A DNA stretch of 64,000 bases from an uncultured delta proteobacterium (GTDB lineage: Bacteria > Desulfobacterota > Desulfomonilia > Desulfomonilales > Desulfomonilaceae). Shown in pieces: positions 52,526 to 61,391 of this stretch. Position 1 is the first letter of the stretch. Every line of letters starts with the position of its first letter. The stretch is from the NCBI GenBank assembly GCA_963789265.1, contig CAWBKB010000001.1, positions 960,001 to 1,024,000 of the forward strand, read 5' to 3'. The notes under the pieces are model-generated. The model did no database searches. It was given only the letters and a program-made list of their open reading frames with translations, and was not told the origin of the DNA. A program made the position numbers and the translations under genes.

Positions 52526-52874
52526 GGTTTCAAACCCGCCCTTACATGTCGTCATGCCCGCGTACGCGGGCATCCAGACTGGACCCCGGATCGAAGTCCG
52601 GGGTGACGAATGGCAGGCAGGATGCCTGCCCCACTTTATCTTGTCTAAGATTGTCGCCTATTTGATGGCGCATTAGTATGAGACGAGAAACCGCAGACTG
52701 GAAAGTCTGCGCCACTAGACTCAACCACTGTCCCTCAAAAGCCCCAATTATGTGGAAGCAGTTCCTCACTTCCGATCCTCACAGTCTTGCCGCAACCCGC
52801 GGAGGCCACAATGGAGTTGGCAAAGTCACGTGAAAACCACATCTTGTCAGCAAGCCTCATGCTCACAGACGATC

Positions 52875-52890
52875 TGGCACACAAGTTGCT
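52875..52890 (+). promoter_or_regulatory. Putative sigma54 promoter
   Basis: TGGCACACAAGTTGCT matches the TGGCAC-N5-TTGC consensus, ~55 bp before the next start codon. Confidence 0.75.
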
Positions 52891-52946
52891 CGTAGAGCGC
52901 GCGGGAGAAATGATGACATTAGGACGTGAACCCGGAAATGGAGAAA

Positions 52947-53819
52947 ATGATGAAAATGCAATTGAAGAAGCTTCTCTGGATCGTCCCGGGTGCTTTGATC
53001 ATAATCGGAGCAAATTATGCCTATGCTCAAGATTTGGGCGGAATGACCGCCAGAGATATGCTTCTGAAAATCAGGACGATGAATACCCAGCAATTGAATC
53101 AGATCGTACGCAACATGGATGGCGGTACCATGGCACAGATTCTGCGGAACATGGACCCGTACACCATGAGCCAGATTGTTCGTAGTCTAGACCCGAGAAC
53201 CATGTCCGAAATAGCCAAGAGATTACTTGTCGAATTAGCGCACGCAAGGTCTCACTCCGTGGCCGCGAGACTGAGAACCCCGGAAGCAACACAACCGTCG
53301 GTCGGTACCGCAAGAGTTGACATAACGAAATCCGCTTCCACCGCTCCAGAGAGATCGAATCGGGCCCAGGATCGGGCGTCGCGCTGCGCGGAGGACGAGC
53401 CGATGGACCTGGGCGGAATAGCCATCATTGCTCATCCTTCAAACCCGTTGAACGAGCTGACTCCGAACCAGATTCGCAAGATCTACACCGGAGAATACAG
53501 CAACTGGAGTCAGGTGGGCGGCCCGAATCTGGCAGTCAAAGTCATGATCGTGGGTGAAGGGCCTGAAGGTTGGGTCAAGCCGGCTCCTGATGCCATTGTA
53601 TCCACCTTCGCCACCAGTGTGTTTCTGGGTGTAGCCGCCACTCATGGCGCCGTGGGCTTTGTCCCTATGATCCAGTCTCGGCAACTGAGGTTCATAGGCG
53701 GGAACAACGCGGTTAAAACTATGGCGGTGAAGACCTATTTGCACTCTCGACAACATAAACCGGCTAGTTCCGCTTCAACCAATGCCGGGGTAGATTTCAT
53801 TCTGGCCTGCGGTCGGTAA
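52947..53819 (+). CDS. Exported protein with 12-aa helical repeats and a partial PstS/PBP-like domain
   Basis: Signal peptide (..KKLLWIVPGALIIIGANYAYA); repeats of the form MDxxTMxQIxRN; IAIIAHPSNPLNELTPNQIRKIYTGEYSNWSQVGG typical of phosphate-binding-protein folds. Start uncertain (52926-52956). Confidence 0.65.
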   Translation: MMKMQLKKLLWIVPGALIIIGANYAYAQDLGGMTARDMLLKIRTMNTQQLNQIVRNMDGGTMAQILRNMDPYTMSQIVRSLDPRTMSEIAKRLLVELAHARSHSVAARLRTPEATQPSVGTARVDITKSASTAPERSNRAQDRASRCAEDEPMDLGGIAIIAHPSNPLNELTPNQIRKIYTGEYSNWSQVGGPNLAVKVMIVGEGPEGWVKPAPDAIVSTFATSVFLGVAATHGAVGFVPMIQSRQLRFIGGNNAVKTMAVKTYLHSRQHKPASSASTNAGVDFILACGR

Positions 53820-53941
53820 ATGCTGAGGCATCTCATCGACGTCGTCTGAGGTCCCAAGCAGTCCCGGTGACTCCCCGGGGAAACAATCCATAACTGACAA
53901 AAGCGACAGCTCAGAAGCCAATTTGGCAAAGAAGGTCGGAC

Positions 53942-55396
53942 ATGCAACAGAGCAATGTTATCCCAATAACGTCGGTCCAGACGGTGAGTCCTCCCAGACG
54001 CAGGATAAACGCGCGAGAGGTGGTAGCGGATATCCAGTCCGGCATGGGTGATCTTCTTCTTATGGAAAAATACTCTCTGTCTTCCAAGGGACTTGGGAGT
54101 CTTTTCCGCAAGCTGTTCGCCGCCGGGTTGATCGGCCGGTCCGACCTTTCCGAAGAGGCCGAACAGGCCGAACAGGGAGAAGATTCCATCCAACTCAATG
54201 CCGTAAGATGTCCGGCATGCGGCATGCCCCAGTTCGGCTCGTTTGACGTGTGCCCTCAATGCGGGATCATAGTATCGAAGTTCCGAAGCCGACTACCCCA
54301 AATCGAGAAGGGGACGAATGGCACCTGTGTACCATCTGCGGTTAAGCCGGCTATCGGTCCTGCCTCCTATCGCAAAGGGCCGATGTTTCGCGTGGATCCG
54401 CAGCGGACCGGGTTTTACAACAGCCGGGGAGTCTTCAAGCTCAGCGCTTTGAAGTGGAAGTTCAAAGCAGAAGGCTGGGTTGCCTCGTCGCCGTCGGTCA
54501 GTGAAGGCACGGTCTACGTGGGCAGTTACGATGGCAATATGTATGCGCTGCTGTCTTCCACCGGAAAGCTGAACTGGCGTGTCGAGACCAAGGGGCCTGT
54601 CCATTCGTCCCCCGCCCTGACTGAGGGCCGGCTCTTTTTCGGAAGCCTCGACGGGAACTTCTACGCGGTCGAAGTCAAATCGGGGAAAACCAGATGGAAG
54701 TTCAAAACCGGCGGCCCTATCTACTCTTCGCCCGTGGTCAATAACGGGCAGGTATTCTTCGGAAGCTTGGACGGAAACGTCTATTCCGCGGAAGTCCATA
54801 CAGGGCGGATAGGCTGGCATTTCAGAACCAGAGGCCCGATCCATTCATCTCCGGGAATATGCGGTGGCATGCTCTGTTTCGGCAGCATGGACGGCGAGTT
54901 TTACGCGGTAGACCTACAAACGGGATGTCCGTCTTTTTCCTTCAAAACGCAAGGACCCGTCACGTGCGCCCCGGCCGTGAACGACGGCATGATTTTCTTT
55001 GGAAGCATGGACGGCATTTTCTATGCCGTGGATGTCAAGACAGGTCTGGAAAAATGGCATTTCAAGACCGGAGGCAAGATCACCTCGTCCCCTTCTATAG
55101 GCTACGGGATAGTTTACTTCGGTAGCCATGACGGCCGCCTTTACGCGGTGGACGTTTTGACCGGGCAGGAGAAGTGGCAATTCCAAGCGGACGGCCCGAT
55201 AGCGTCATCTCCCTCTATCGCTTATGGCATGCTGTATTTCGGCAGCAGCGACGGTCATCTGCACGCGCTCGATTTTACCAAGGGGGAGGAGAAATGGAAT
55301 TTCAAAACGGGCGGTGCCGTCTACAGTTCACCAACAATTTGCGACGGTACCGTCTATGTCGGCAGTGACGACGGATTCTTTTACGCATTGTACTGA
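53942..55396 (+). CDS. Shared N-terminal module + zinc ribbon + PQQ-like (BamB/AfsK-type) beta-propeller
   Basis: CPACG..CPQCG zinc ribbon; eight ~40-aa repeats WKFKTGG.I.SSP.V..G.VYFGS.DG..YAVD..TG; no signal peptide. Confidence 0.85.
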   Translation: MQQSNVIPITSVQTVSPPRRRINAREVVADIQSGMGDLLLMEKYSLSSKGLGSLFRKLFAAGLIGRSDLSEEAEQAEQGEDSIQLNAVRCPACGMPQFGSFDVCPQCGIIVSKFRSRLPQIEKGTNGTCVPSAVKPAIGPASYRKGPMFRVDPQRTGFYNSRGVFKLSALKWKFKAEGWVASSPSVSEGTVYVGSYDGNMYALLSSTGKLNWRVETKGPVHSSPALTEGRLFFGSLDGNFYAVEVKSGKTRWKFKTGGPIYSSPVVNNGQVFFGSLDGNVYSAEVHTGRIGWHFRTRGPIHSSPGICGGMLCFGSMDGEFYAVDLQTGCPSFSFKTQGPVTCAPAVNDGMIFFGSMDGIFYAVDVKTGLEKWHFKTGGKITSSPSIGYGIVYFGSHDGRLYAVDVLTGQEKWQFQADGPIASSPSIAYGMLYFGSSDGHLHALDFTKGEEKWNFKTGGAVYSSPTICDGTVYVGSDDGFFYALY

Positions 55397-55467
55397 TGCA
55401 CCAGGAACCATCCGCGAAATTGATAAATGATCGCTTCGATCCGCGGACTATGAACTGAGAGACTGAG

Positions 55468-55755
55468 ATGAGCGACGTTCAGAAGTGTTATAGTGTTGGA
55501 TTTAAGGCCAAGGTGGCGCTCGAGGCCATCAGAGGGGCGAAGACCGTTCCGGAAATAGCCATAGAGTTTGGAGTTCCACCAAGCCAGATCACCCAGTGGA
55601 AGAAGCAGGTTATAGATGAGCTTCCGAAAATATTGGCTGAGAACGCCGACAAGGAATACGGGGCGGCCCACGACTGGATTTCCCACTTGTATACAGAAAT
55701 TGGCGAGTTGATTCGCGAGCTTGACCGCGTGAAGAAGGCCGGGCGCGTCAGTTGA
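55468..55755 (+). mobile_element. IS3-family transposase orfA (HTH) without an intact orfB; IS remnant
   Basis: YSVGFKAKVALEAIRGAKTVPEIA.EFGV..SQITQWKKQ...LYTEIGEL..ELD..KK; no DDE ORF downstream. Confidence 0.8.
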
Positions 55756-55928
55756 GGCGCGGCACGAGTTGACCGTGATTATGTCGAAACTATCTCAAAC
55801 TGCTTTGATGCCCGGAATAGTGCCGCAATAGCTGCCCGGCACTGAAGGAATTCTTGAGACAGTTTCGGATGCCGGTCTCACCGAAATCTGAGACCTGTCA
55901 TCGAGTTTGTGAAACAGAGCACTAATTG

Positions 55929-56084
55929 CAGGTTTTCGTAGGTACGGTGTTGTTAAGAACCCGGGCCGGAAGAAGATTGCTTCGCTGCGCTCGCAATGAC
56001 AGGTAGTGGGCATGTCATTGCGAGGAGAGAAACGACGAAGCAATCTCTACCGTGAAAATCCGCGACCGACCTTACGAAAACCTG
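55929..56084. repeat. Element with CAGGTTTTCGTA(A)GG inverted ends enclosing a GATTGCTTCG..GCAATGAC / GTCATTGCGAG..GAAGCAATC pair
   Basis: CAGGTTTTCGTAGG at 55929 and CCTTACGAAAACCTG ending at 56084. Confidence 0.7.
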
Positions 56085-56086
56085 TA

Positions 56087-56797
56087 CTAAGACCTGTAGC
56101 AGGCAATTGACCCTCTATTGGTTGTATGGGATATGATTTCCACGGCTGCGAAGCCCGCTCGTTGAAACAAAGCGGTTAACCCCGCCACATTCGGAAACCA
56201 CCAATTATAATTTCTCTCCTTTTCGCCAAGGGAATGGGGAAGGCTTTCATATCCCGGAAAAACGAACTCCCAAACAGGCTTGTCAGCGAGGAGGGAAGAA
56301 CCAAGGAGCGCTGATTCGACAATCGCTGTGTGGGCAGTAACAGAAGCCACATTTTCCGCGGCGCGAAAAGGGTCTGCACAATGGTAGATGACTCCAAGAC
56401 ACAGCACGATGTCAAATTTTCTCGCCAGGTCGGGAATTTCGTAGATGCTCATATTTCTATAATCGATGTCCAGTCCGAGAACATCCCGCACAAATTCGGC
56501 CTGCTTGAGGAAACCGGGAGAGGTGTCGATCCCCAGCACATGGTCGGCGTTCCTCTGTTTGGCCGCTATGCTGAAGAAACCCGCATTACACCCTATGTCC
56601 AGAACCGTCTTTCCCGACAGATCGGCAGGGATGTACCGCTGAATCTGGGACAAGAGGTTCCGGAGGTGGGGGACCGATTCTCTCGTGCTGACGCCGCTTC
56701 CCAGTTCGATGCAGTGGAACCAGCCCTCCGGCTTGCCTAATTCCTGGATTTTGCGCAGCAATTCTGCGGACGTGTACTTCTGTGCGGATTTGCTCAT
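56087..56797 (-). CDS. SAM-dependent methyltransferase (CmoB/DUF1698-like)
   Basis: WFHCIEL, VLDIGCNAGFFS, FDIVLCLGVIYH, NWWFPN. Confidence 0.85.
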   Translation of the reverse strand: MSKSAQKYTSAELLRKIQELGKPEGWFHCIELGSGVSTRESVPHLRNLLSQIQRYIPADLSGKTVLDIGCNAGFFSIAAKQRNADHVLGIDTSPGFLKQAEFVRDVLGLDIDYRNMSIYEIPDLARKFDIVLCLGVIYHCADPFRAAENVASVTAHTAIVESALLGSSLLADKPVWEFVFPGYESLPHSLGEKERNYNWWFPNVAGLTALFQRAGFAAVEIISHTTNRGSIACYRS

Positions 56798-56975
56798 GAT
56801 GGTAATTTGCGCCAGTTAGACCGGCATCCTGCCGGTCATTTGTCATCTCGTACTCCCGGTCCGGAGGTAATAGGGGCTACCCGCGGAGGCGGGATCGCCT
56901 CGGGCGAATGCATTCGTCCCCAGACATTACCGCGGTTGCGGGACTGCCGGCCCGGGACACTATTCCAGGGGACAT

Positions 56976-58073
56976 CTAGACATTTACGAATTTCGCCTCG
57001 TTCTCGGGGCCTCTTTCCCAAAGACTTGCTACTTTATAGTGAATAAATTCCTCATATCTGAAAGCCAGGAAACTCAGCAACGGGCACAGCAGGCAACAGA
57101 CAAAGAAAAAAAAGACAACCGACGTCATGTCCACGTGCAGATAATCCCGTGCGATACGGATGAAATCCATGTCCATGTCGCCACCTTTTGCCCCAAGGTA
57201 CTCTGCCCGATACGAAGCGCTGGTCAATAGTCTATAGGCCATTCCAAGGTCTGAGAAGACGATAAAAAAGCCCGTTATCGCATACAGCGGTCGTTCCGCT
57301 GGATGAACTATCGCTCGTCCGCTCAGAGACCTATAAATAAACAACCCCGCAATAACCAGTTCCGTGCCGTGGCCCATAAACAAGATTGTTATGTAATGAA
57401 GCGAGGTATAACTGAAAAACGCATGCACGGCAATCACCGCGATCAAAAATATCACCGTGGCCTTATTATTCCTGTACATGTAAATGAGCCCGGCAAGGGT
57501 AGCGTAAATTCCGATCAACAGAACGACAGATCGGCCTGCGTGCAGCGTGACCCCGCCGCCGTACATAACATCAAAAGCTGGTAGGGACGGGTATCCGAAA
57601 ATCCAGCCGAATATGCAGTGTCCCATCTCGTGGACAAGGGTCTTGAAGATCTCCAATGTCCATCGGAACCAGAAGAATACAAAGCAGACCAAGGCTATTC
57701 CCGGTCCCACCGCCAACATGATCCATTCCGGCTTATCCAGCCTGCGTATCTCCAGGGGTTCTTGATCCGCATCGTCGGTGATTGCATCTGCTTGCGTGGG
57801 CTTGGCCCCCACCTCGTACGTTTGTGCCCGGACTCCATGACCGATTGAGCCGGCTCGTCCGCCAATAAGGGACGGAGCCGCCACTGCTTCGGAAAATTCA
57901 TGTGACCCGGCGCCCAGTTCGCGATCTTTGAGCAATCCCGCGGCCGTCAGTTTGGCAATAACGCTCTCAAGACCCTTTGCAGTGATGGCATACTTATCCA
58001 TCAGCGCCGCAGGATCCACGCCCGCGTTGATATCGGCCAGTATTTCCTTTGCCTTAATGGTTCTCTTAGTCAT
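56976..58073 (-). CDS. Shared N-terminal module + multi-TM HExxH metalloprotease (M50-like)
   Basis: TLVHEMGH next to TM segments, ~6 hydrophobic helices. Start at ATG 58073 (alternative 58118). Confidence 0.7.
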   Translation of the reverse strand: MTKRTIKAKEILADINAGVDPAALMDKYAITAKGLESVIAKLTAAGLLKDRELGAGSHEFSEAVAAPSLIGGRAGSIGHGVRAQTYEVGAKPTQADAITDDADQEPLEIRRLDKPEWIMLAVGPGIALVCFVFFWFRWTLEIFKTLVHEMGHCIFGWIFGYPSLPAFDVMYGGGVTLHAGRSVVLLIGIYATLAGLIYMYRNNKATVIFLIAVIAVHAFFSYTSLHYITILFMGHGTELVIAGLFIYRSLSGRAIVHPAERPLYAITGFFIVFSDLGMAYRLLTSASYRAEYLGAKGGDMDMDFIRIARDYLHVDMTSVVFFFFVCCLLCPLLSFLAFRYEEFIHYKVASLWERGPENEAKFVNV

Positions 58074-58141
58074 GAAAACGCCCGAAAGCTGCTTTGTAGC
58101 GAGGGTCGGCATAAACAACGACGCCTATTCCATGTCTCTCT

Positions 58142-59389
58142 TTATTCCATGCCGATCTCTTTGAAAAAGCCGATCACCGCTTCTTTACACACGTTTGGGG
58201 CTCGAAATACAGCGTAATGGGCCAGAGGACTTTGAAAACCAACCAGTTTTGCGTCTCTAATCATTGAAGCGGCCTTTTCAGCCAGCACGTAGCGGAGCCA
58301 CTGGTCATTCTTCACATGGATGATCAGAGTTTTCGCTTTGATGCGGCCGAGTTGATCGTTGATATCATAGTCGCGAAGGCACTGGTTCCTGAAAATCAGG
58401 TCATCCACGTCAAAGTTTTTCGCCTTGGATACCAAGTTGGCGCCTTCGTCATCTTTGGGCTTCCAATAAAAGACCTCTTTCTTTACATCGTCCCATTTTT
58501 GTTTCACCCGGTAATCAAAACTGAACCCGCTCTGTTGTAAAATGGACCAGCCAAACATCATGCCCTTGTTCGGATGCTGCTGTTTTGGAAGGTCATAGTA
58601 ATTCCCTTTGGTCTTTTGCCACACCGGATCGCTCTGCATGGCCGCGGTCATGAGCGTGAAAAGCCACCGCGAAACCGGGTCGGAGGCTGTGATTCCACCT
58701 ATGGGCATGATCGCTTCCGCGAAATCGGGGTGGAGCACAGCCAGGATATAGCTTTGAATGGCCCCCATAGAGACTCCGGTTGCAAGCTTTACCTTGGAAA
58801 TCCCCAGATGATCCTTGAGCAAACGGTAATTGGCTTGTACGCAATCCAGAATTGAATATCGAGGGAATTTCATCCCCAATCCGTCACTGGGCTTACTAGC
58901 CCCCCAGAGTCCCAAGGCGTCCAGGAATATTACATAGTATTTGTCGGTGTCGATCAATTTGCCCGGGCCAACAACCGGGCCTTTGGAAAATGCGTTCCCC
59001 TTTTGGCCGTCGTACCAGAAAAAATACATGAACGCCGAGTCCCCGGAGTAATAGGTGCTGATGATTACCGCGTTGTCAATATGGCCCTCCTTATCGCGTT
59101 TAGGGGTTCCGACGGCTATATACGACAACCGGAGCGGTTTGCGTCCCAACGATTCCAGGGTGACACCGCCTCCGCCGCCCAGTTCGAAGGAGGACTCATT
59201 TTTGAGGTCGTATTTTCCGCCGATGGCAAAGCTAGGGAGGACATAGTACTTTTTCAATGCGTCCAGCGCCGGGACTCCCGACAGTCGTGTAATGGGTTCT
59301 GCACAAGTGGCGGCCGTTGCGGCGGTGAGAATCAGAACAAATAGAACAGGAAGAATACGGCTCCAGACCTTGTCTAATGAGAATTTCAT
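58142..59389 (-). CDS. MetX-like alpha/beta hydrolase with a signal peptide
   Basis: VGPGKLIDTDKYYVI.LDALG, GVSMGA nucleophile, late D and H (NDQW, AHYA); N-terminal hydrophobic signal peptide. Confidence 0.8.
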   Translation of the reverse strand: MKFSLDKVWSRILPVLFVLILTAATAATCAEPITRLSGVPALDALKKYYVLPSFAIGGKYDLKNESSFELGGGGGVTLESLGRKPLRLSYIAVGTPKRDKEGHIDNAVIISTYYSGDSAFMYFFWYDGQKGNAFSKGPVVGPGKLIDTDKYYVIFLDALGLWGASKPSDGLGMKFPRYSILDCVQANYRLLKDHLGISKVKLATGVSMGAIQSYILAVLHPDFAEAIMPIGGITASDPVSRWLFTLMTAAMQSDPVWQKTKGNYYDLPKQQHPNKGMMFGWSILQQSGFSFDYRVKQKWDDVKKEVFYWKPKDDEGANLVSKAKNFDVDDLIFRNQCLRDYDINDQLGRIKAKTLIIHVKNDQWLRYVLAEKAASMIRDAKLVGFQSPLAHYAVFRAPNVCKEAVIGFFKEIGME

Positions 59390-59887
59390 AAGCCTACCCC
59401 CTTTCAGCGGTTATAACTAGCATGAGAAGCAAAGAGCGGAAGAAACGCCCTCATATCACCCACGGTTTGGCTGGAGACTATTTGACGGTAACATCATGAG
59501 CAACAGGAATCAAGATGGAACGACATAGGCCGATAGTCCCAGAATCTCCGATCGGCCCCAACGCAAGATTACTAATGATTTCAAGGGATAAGTGTAGAGC
59601 GTCTGGCCCGGACGGAAAGACGAGCGAGATTACCGGCTCTCGACGAAAAATAACCCCATATTGTCCACCTCAATATGCTATAATTCGCACCGTTTCCAAA
59701 ACAATCATCTATGACTTCTTTCTCGATCGAGTGAAATGTCAGGTGTCGGCACTGCGCCCACGACAAGGCAGGAATATGGGGCCGGTGGGGCTGCACGATC
59801 GCTACGGCGCGGAGGTGCCTCGCTTGACTGTGGCTAGGATGTGTCAGGGCAGCCCCTGACTTGAATGAATGAGGGGGTACGTGGCGA

Positions 59888-60902
59888 ATGGTCGACGAGG
59901 AGTTGCTCACCTTCTTGGGTGAGGGATGGGGTGAGGACGCGTCTGAACTGCTCGATAGAGAATCGCAATCCATCGAAGCGGCCGTTGTAAGCCAATCGGG
60001 TTCGGAAGACTTGACCGAGACAGGCAGTTTTGACCTTCGAGAGGCTAGAGAAACCGTCATTCATCAGACTTCTGCGAATACTGCCTATCCCCTTCTTGTT
60101 GGTCGACCGCTCACTCTTGATAGTCTTTGCAAGCAGGTCTCTGGGACCGGGCCCGGAAGGCCACCCTCATATTGCAGGAGGTCCTTTTCCTGCTCTGTTT
60201 CTGAGACATTCGGATCAGGAGAAGGCGGCTTCGCTGCTGCATGAGGTGTTTCTGAAAAGGAAACCTATGATTGCGCAAGGTCTGGTCCGGATAGGCAGCA
60301 AGAAGATCTTGGCAAAATTGCATCTGCGAGCCGTCAGGACCAATGAGGCCAGATTCGTTCTGGTTTTGATTGCAGATTCAACGGACGAAAGAAAGCACCT
60401 TGCCTTGGAGCAAAAATACAGCAAGCTCGTCCAGGACTACGAGAGTGCCAGGAAAAAATTGGAGCAAGACACCAAAGAATTGGAAGGCGCTAATGAAGCC
60501 CTTAGAGTTCTTATCGCCGGAATTGACGAGCAAAAGAAATCTGTGGCAGAAGAGATCAAAGACCATCTGACGATGGCAGTCAGACCTTTGCTGGAGCGTC
60601 TCAGGACCGAGACTCTCTCCAGCCGCGCTGAAGACCTGGTCGATTCTCTGGCGGCCGGCATGGACAATATACTAGCCTCCTCCGCGACAAAAGACCTGGG
60701 AAGCAGGTACCCGTTGACCTTGCGGGAGATGCGAATCTGCGAACTGATCTCGTCCGGGCTCAGTTCAAAGGAGATGGCCGGCATTATGGGAGTTTCTCCG
60801 CAGACCATCTTCTTCCACAGGTCGAACATTCGCAAGAAACTGGGATTGACCGGCACCGCGGACGATCTCGGAACGTATCTGAAGAAGAAAATCAGGGGCT
60901 GA
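59888..60902 (+). CDS. PAS-like + LuxR-HTH transcriptional regulator, +1 frameshift at ~60037
   Basis: MVDEELL...DLTETGSFDL joins ERLEKPSFIRLLRILPIPFLLVD on removal of one base; C-terminal LTLREMRIC.LI.SGLSSKEMA...SPQTIFFHRSNIRKKLG. Confidence 0.85.
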
Positions 60903-60996
60903 GAGGGGGCTGTCGGATCGGAAGTATACACTTACGCGTGGGAAAGATTGTCATTGCGAGTCCCGCGTCCCACGGGACGAAGCAATCCTTTTCTTA

Positions 60997-61163
60997 TATA
61001 GCCGTTGCCAAAAGTAATGACCTCTTCAACACCCGTCACCCCGGCGAAGGCCGGGGTCCAGTCCCGCGAGGAACGCGGGATTGAAAAGACTGGATTCCGG
61101 CCTCCGCCGGAATGACGGTGTCAGGCGACCTCTAATCGGACAAAACTTTTGGCAATGGGTATA
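60997..61163. mobile_element. MITE-like element with TA-flanked inverted ends (IS630/Tc1-like pattern)
   Basis: TATAGCCGTTGCCAAAAGT (60997-61015) vs ACTTTTGGCAATGGGTATA (61145-61163), 17/19 complementary; nested in the 60925-61290 repeat cluster. Confidence 0.7.
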
Positions 61164-61391
61164 AACGCCGCTCAGATTGCTGGTGGGACGGGCATCTTGC
61201 CCGTCATCCCCAATAGACAGGCTGGAAGCCTGTCCCACTATGCACTCCTCGCAATGACAAGGGGTGGAATATCCCTGGCGTAAGTGAATGAGTACATCGG
61301 GTCAATGCTGCAGCGCATGGGGACACAAGATCTATCGGGGGCATCCCTGATTTTCATCCGCTGGGGTTCGTTTTTATGCTGCCCGGTCGAG

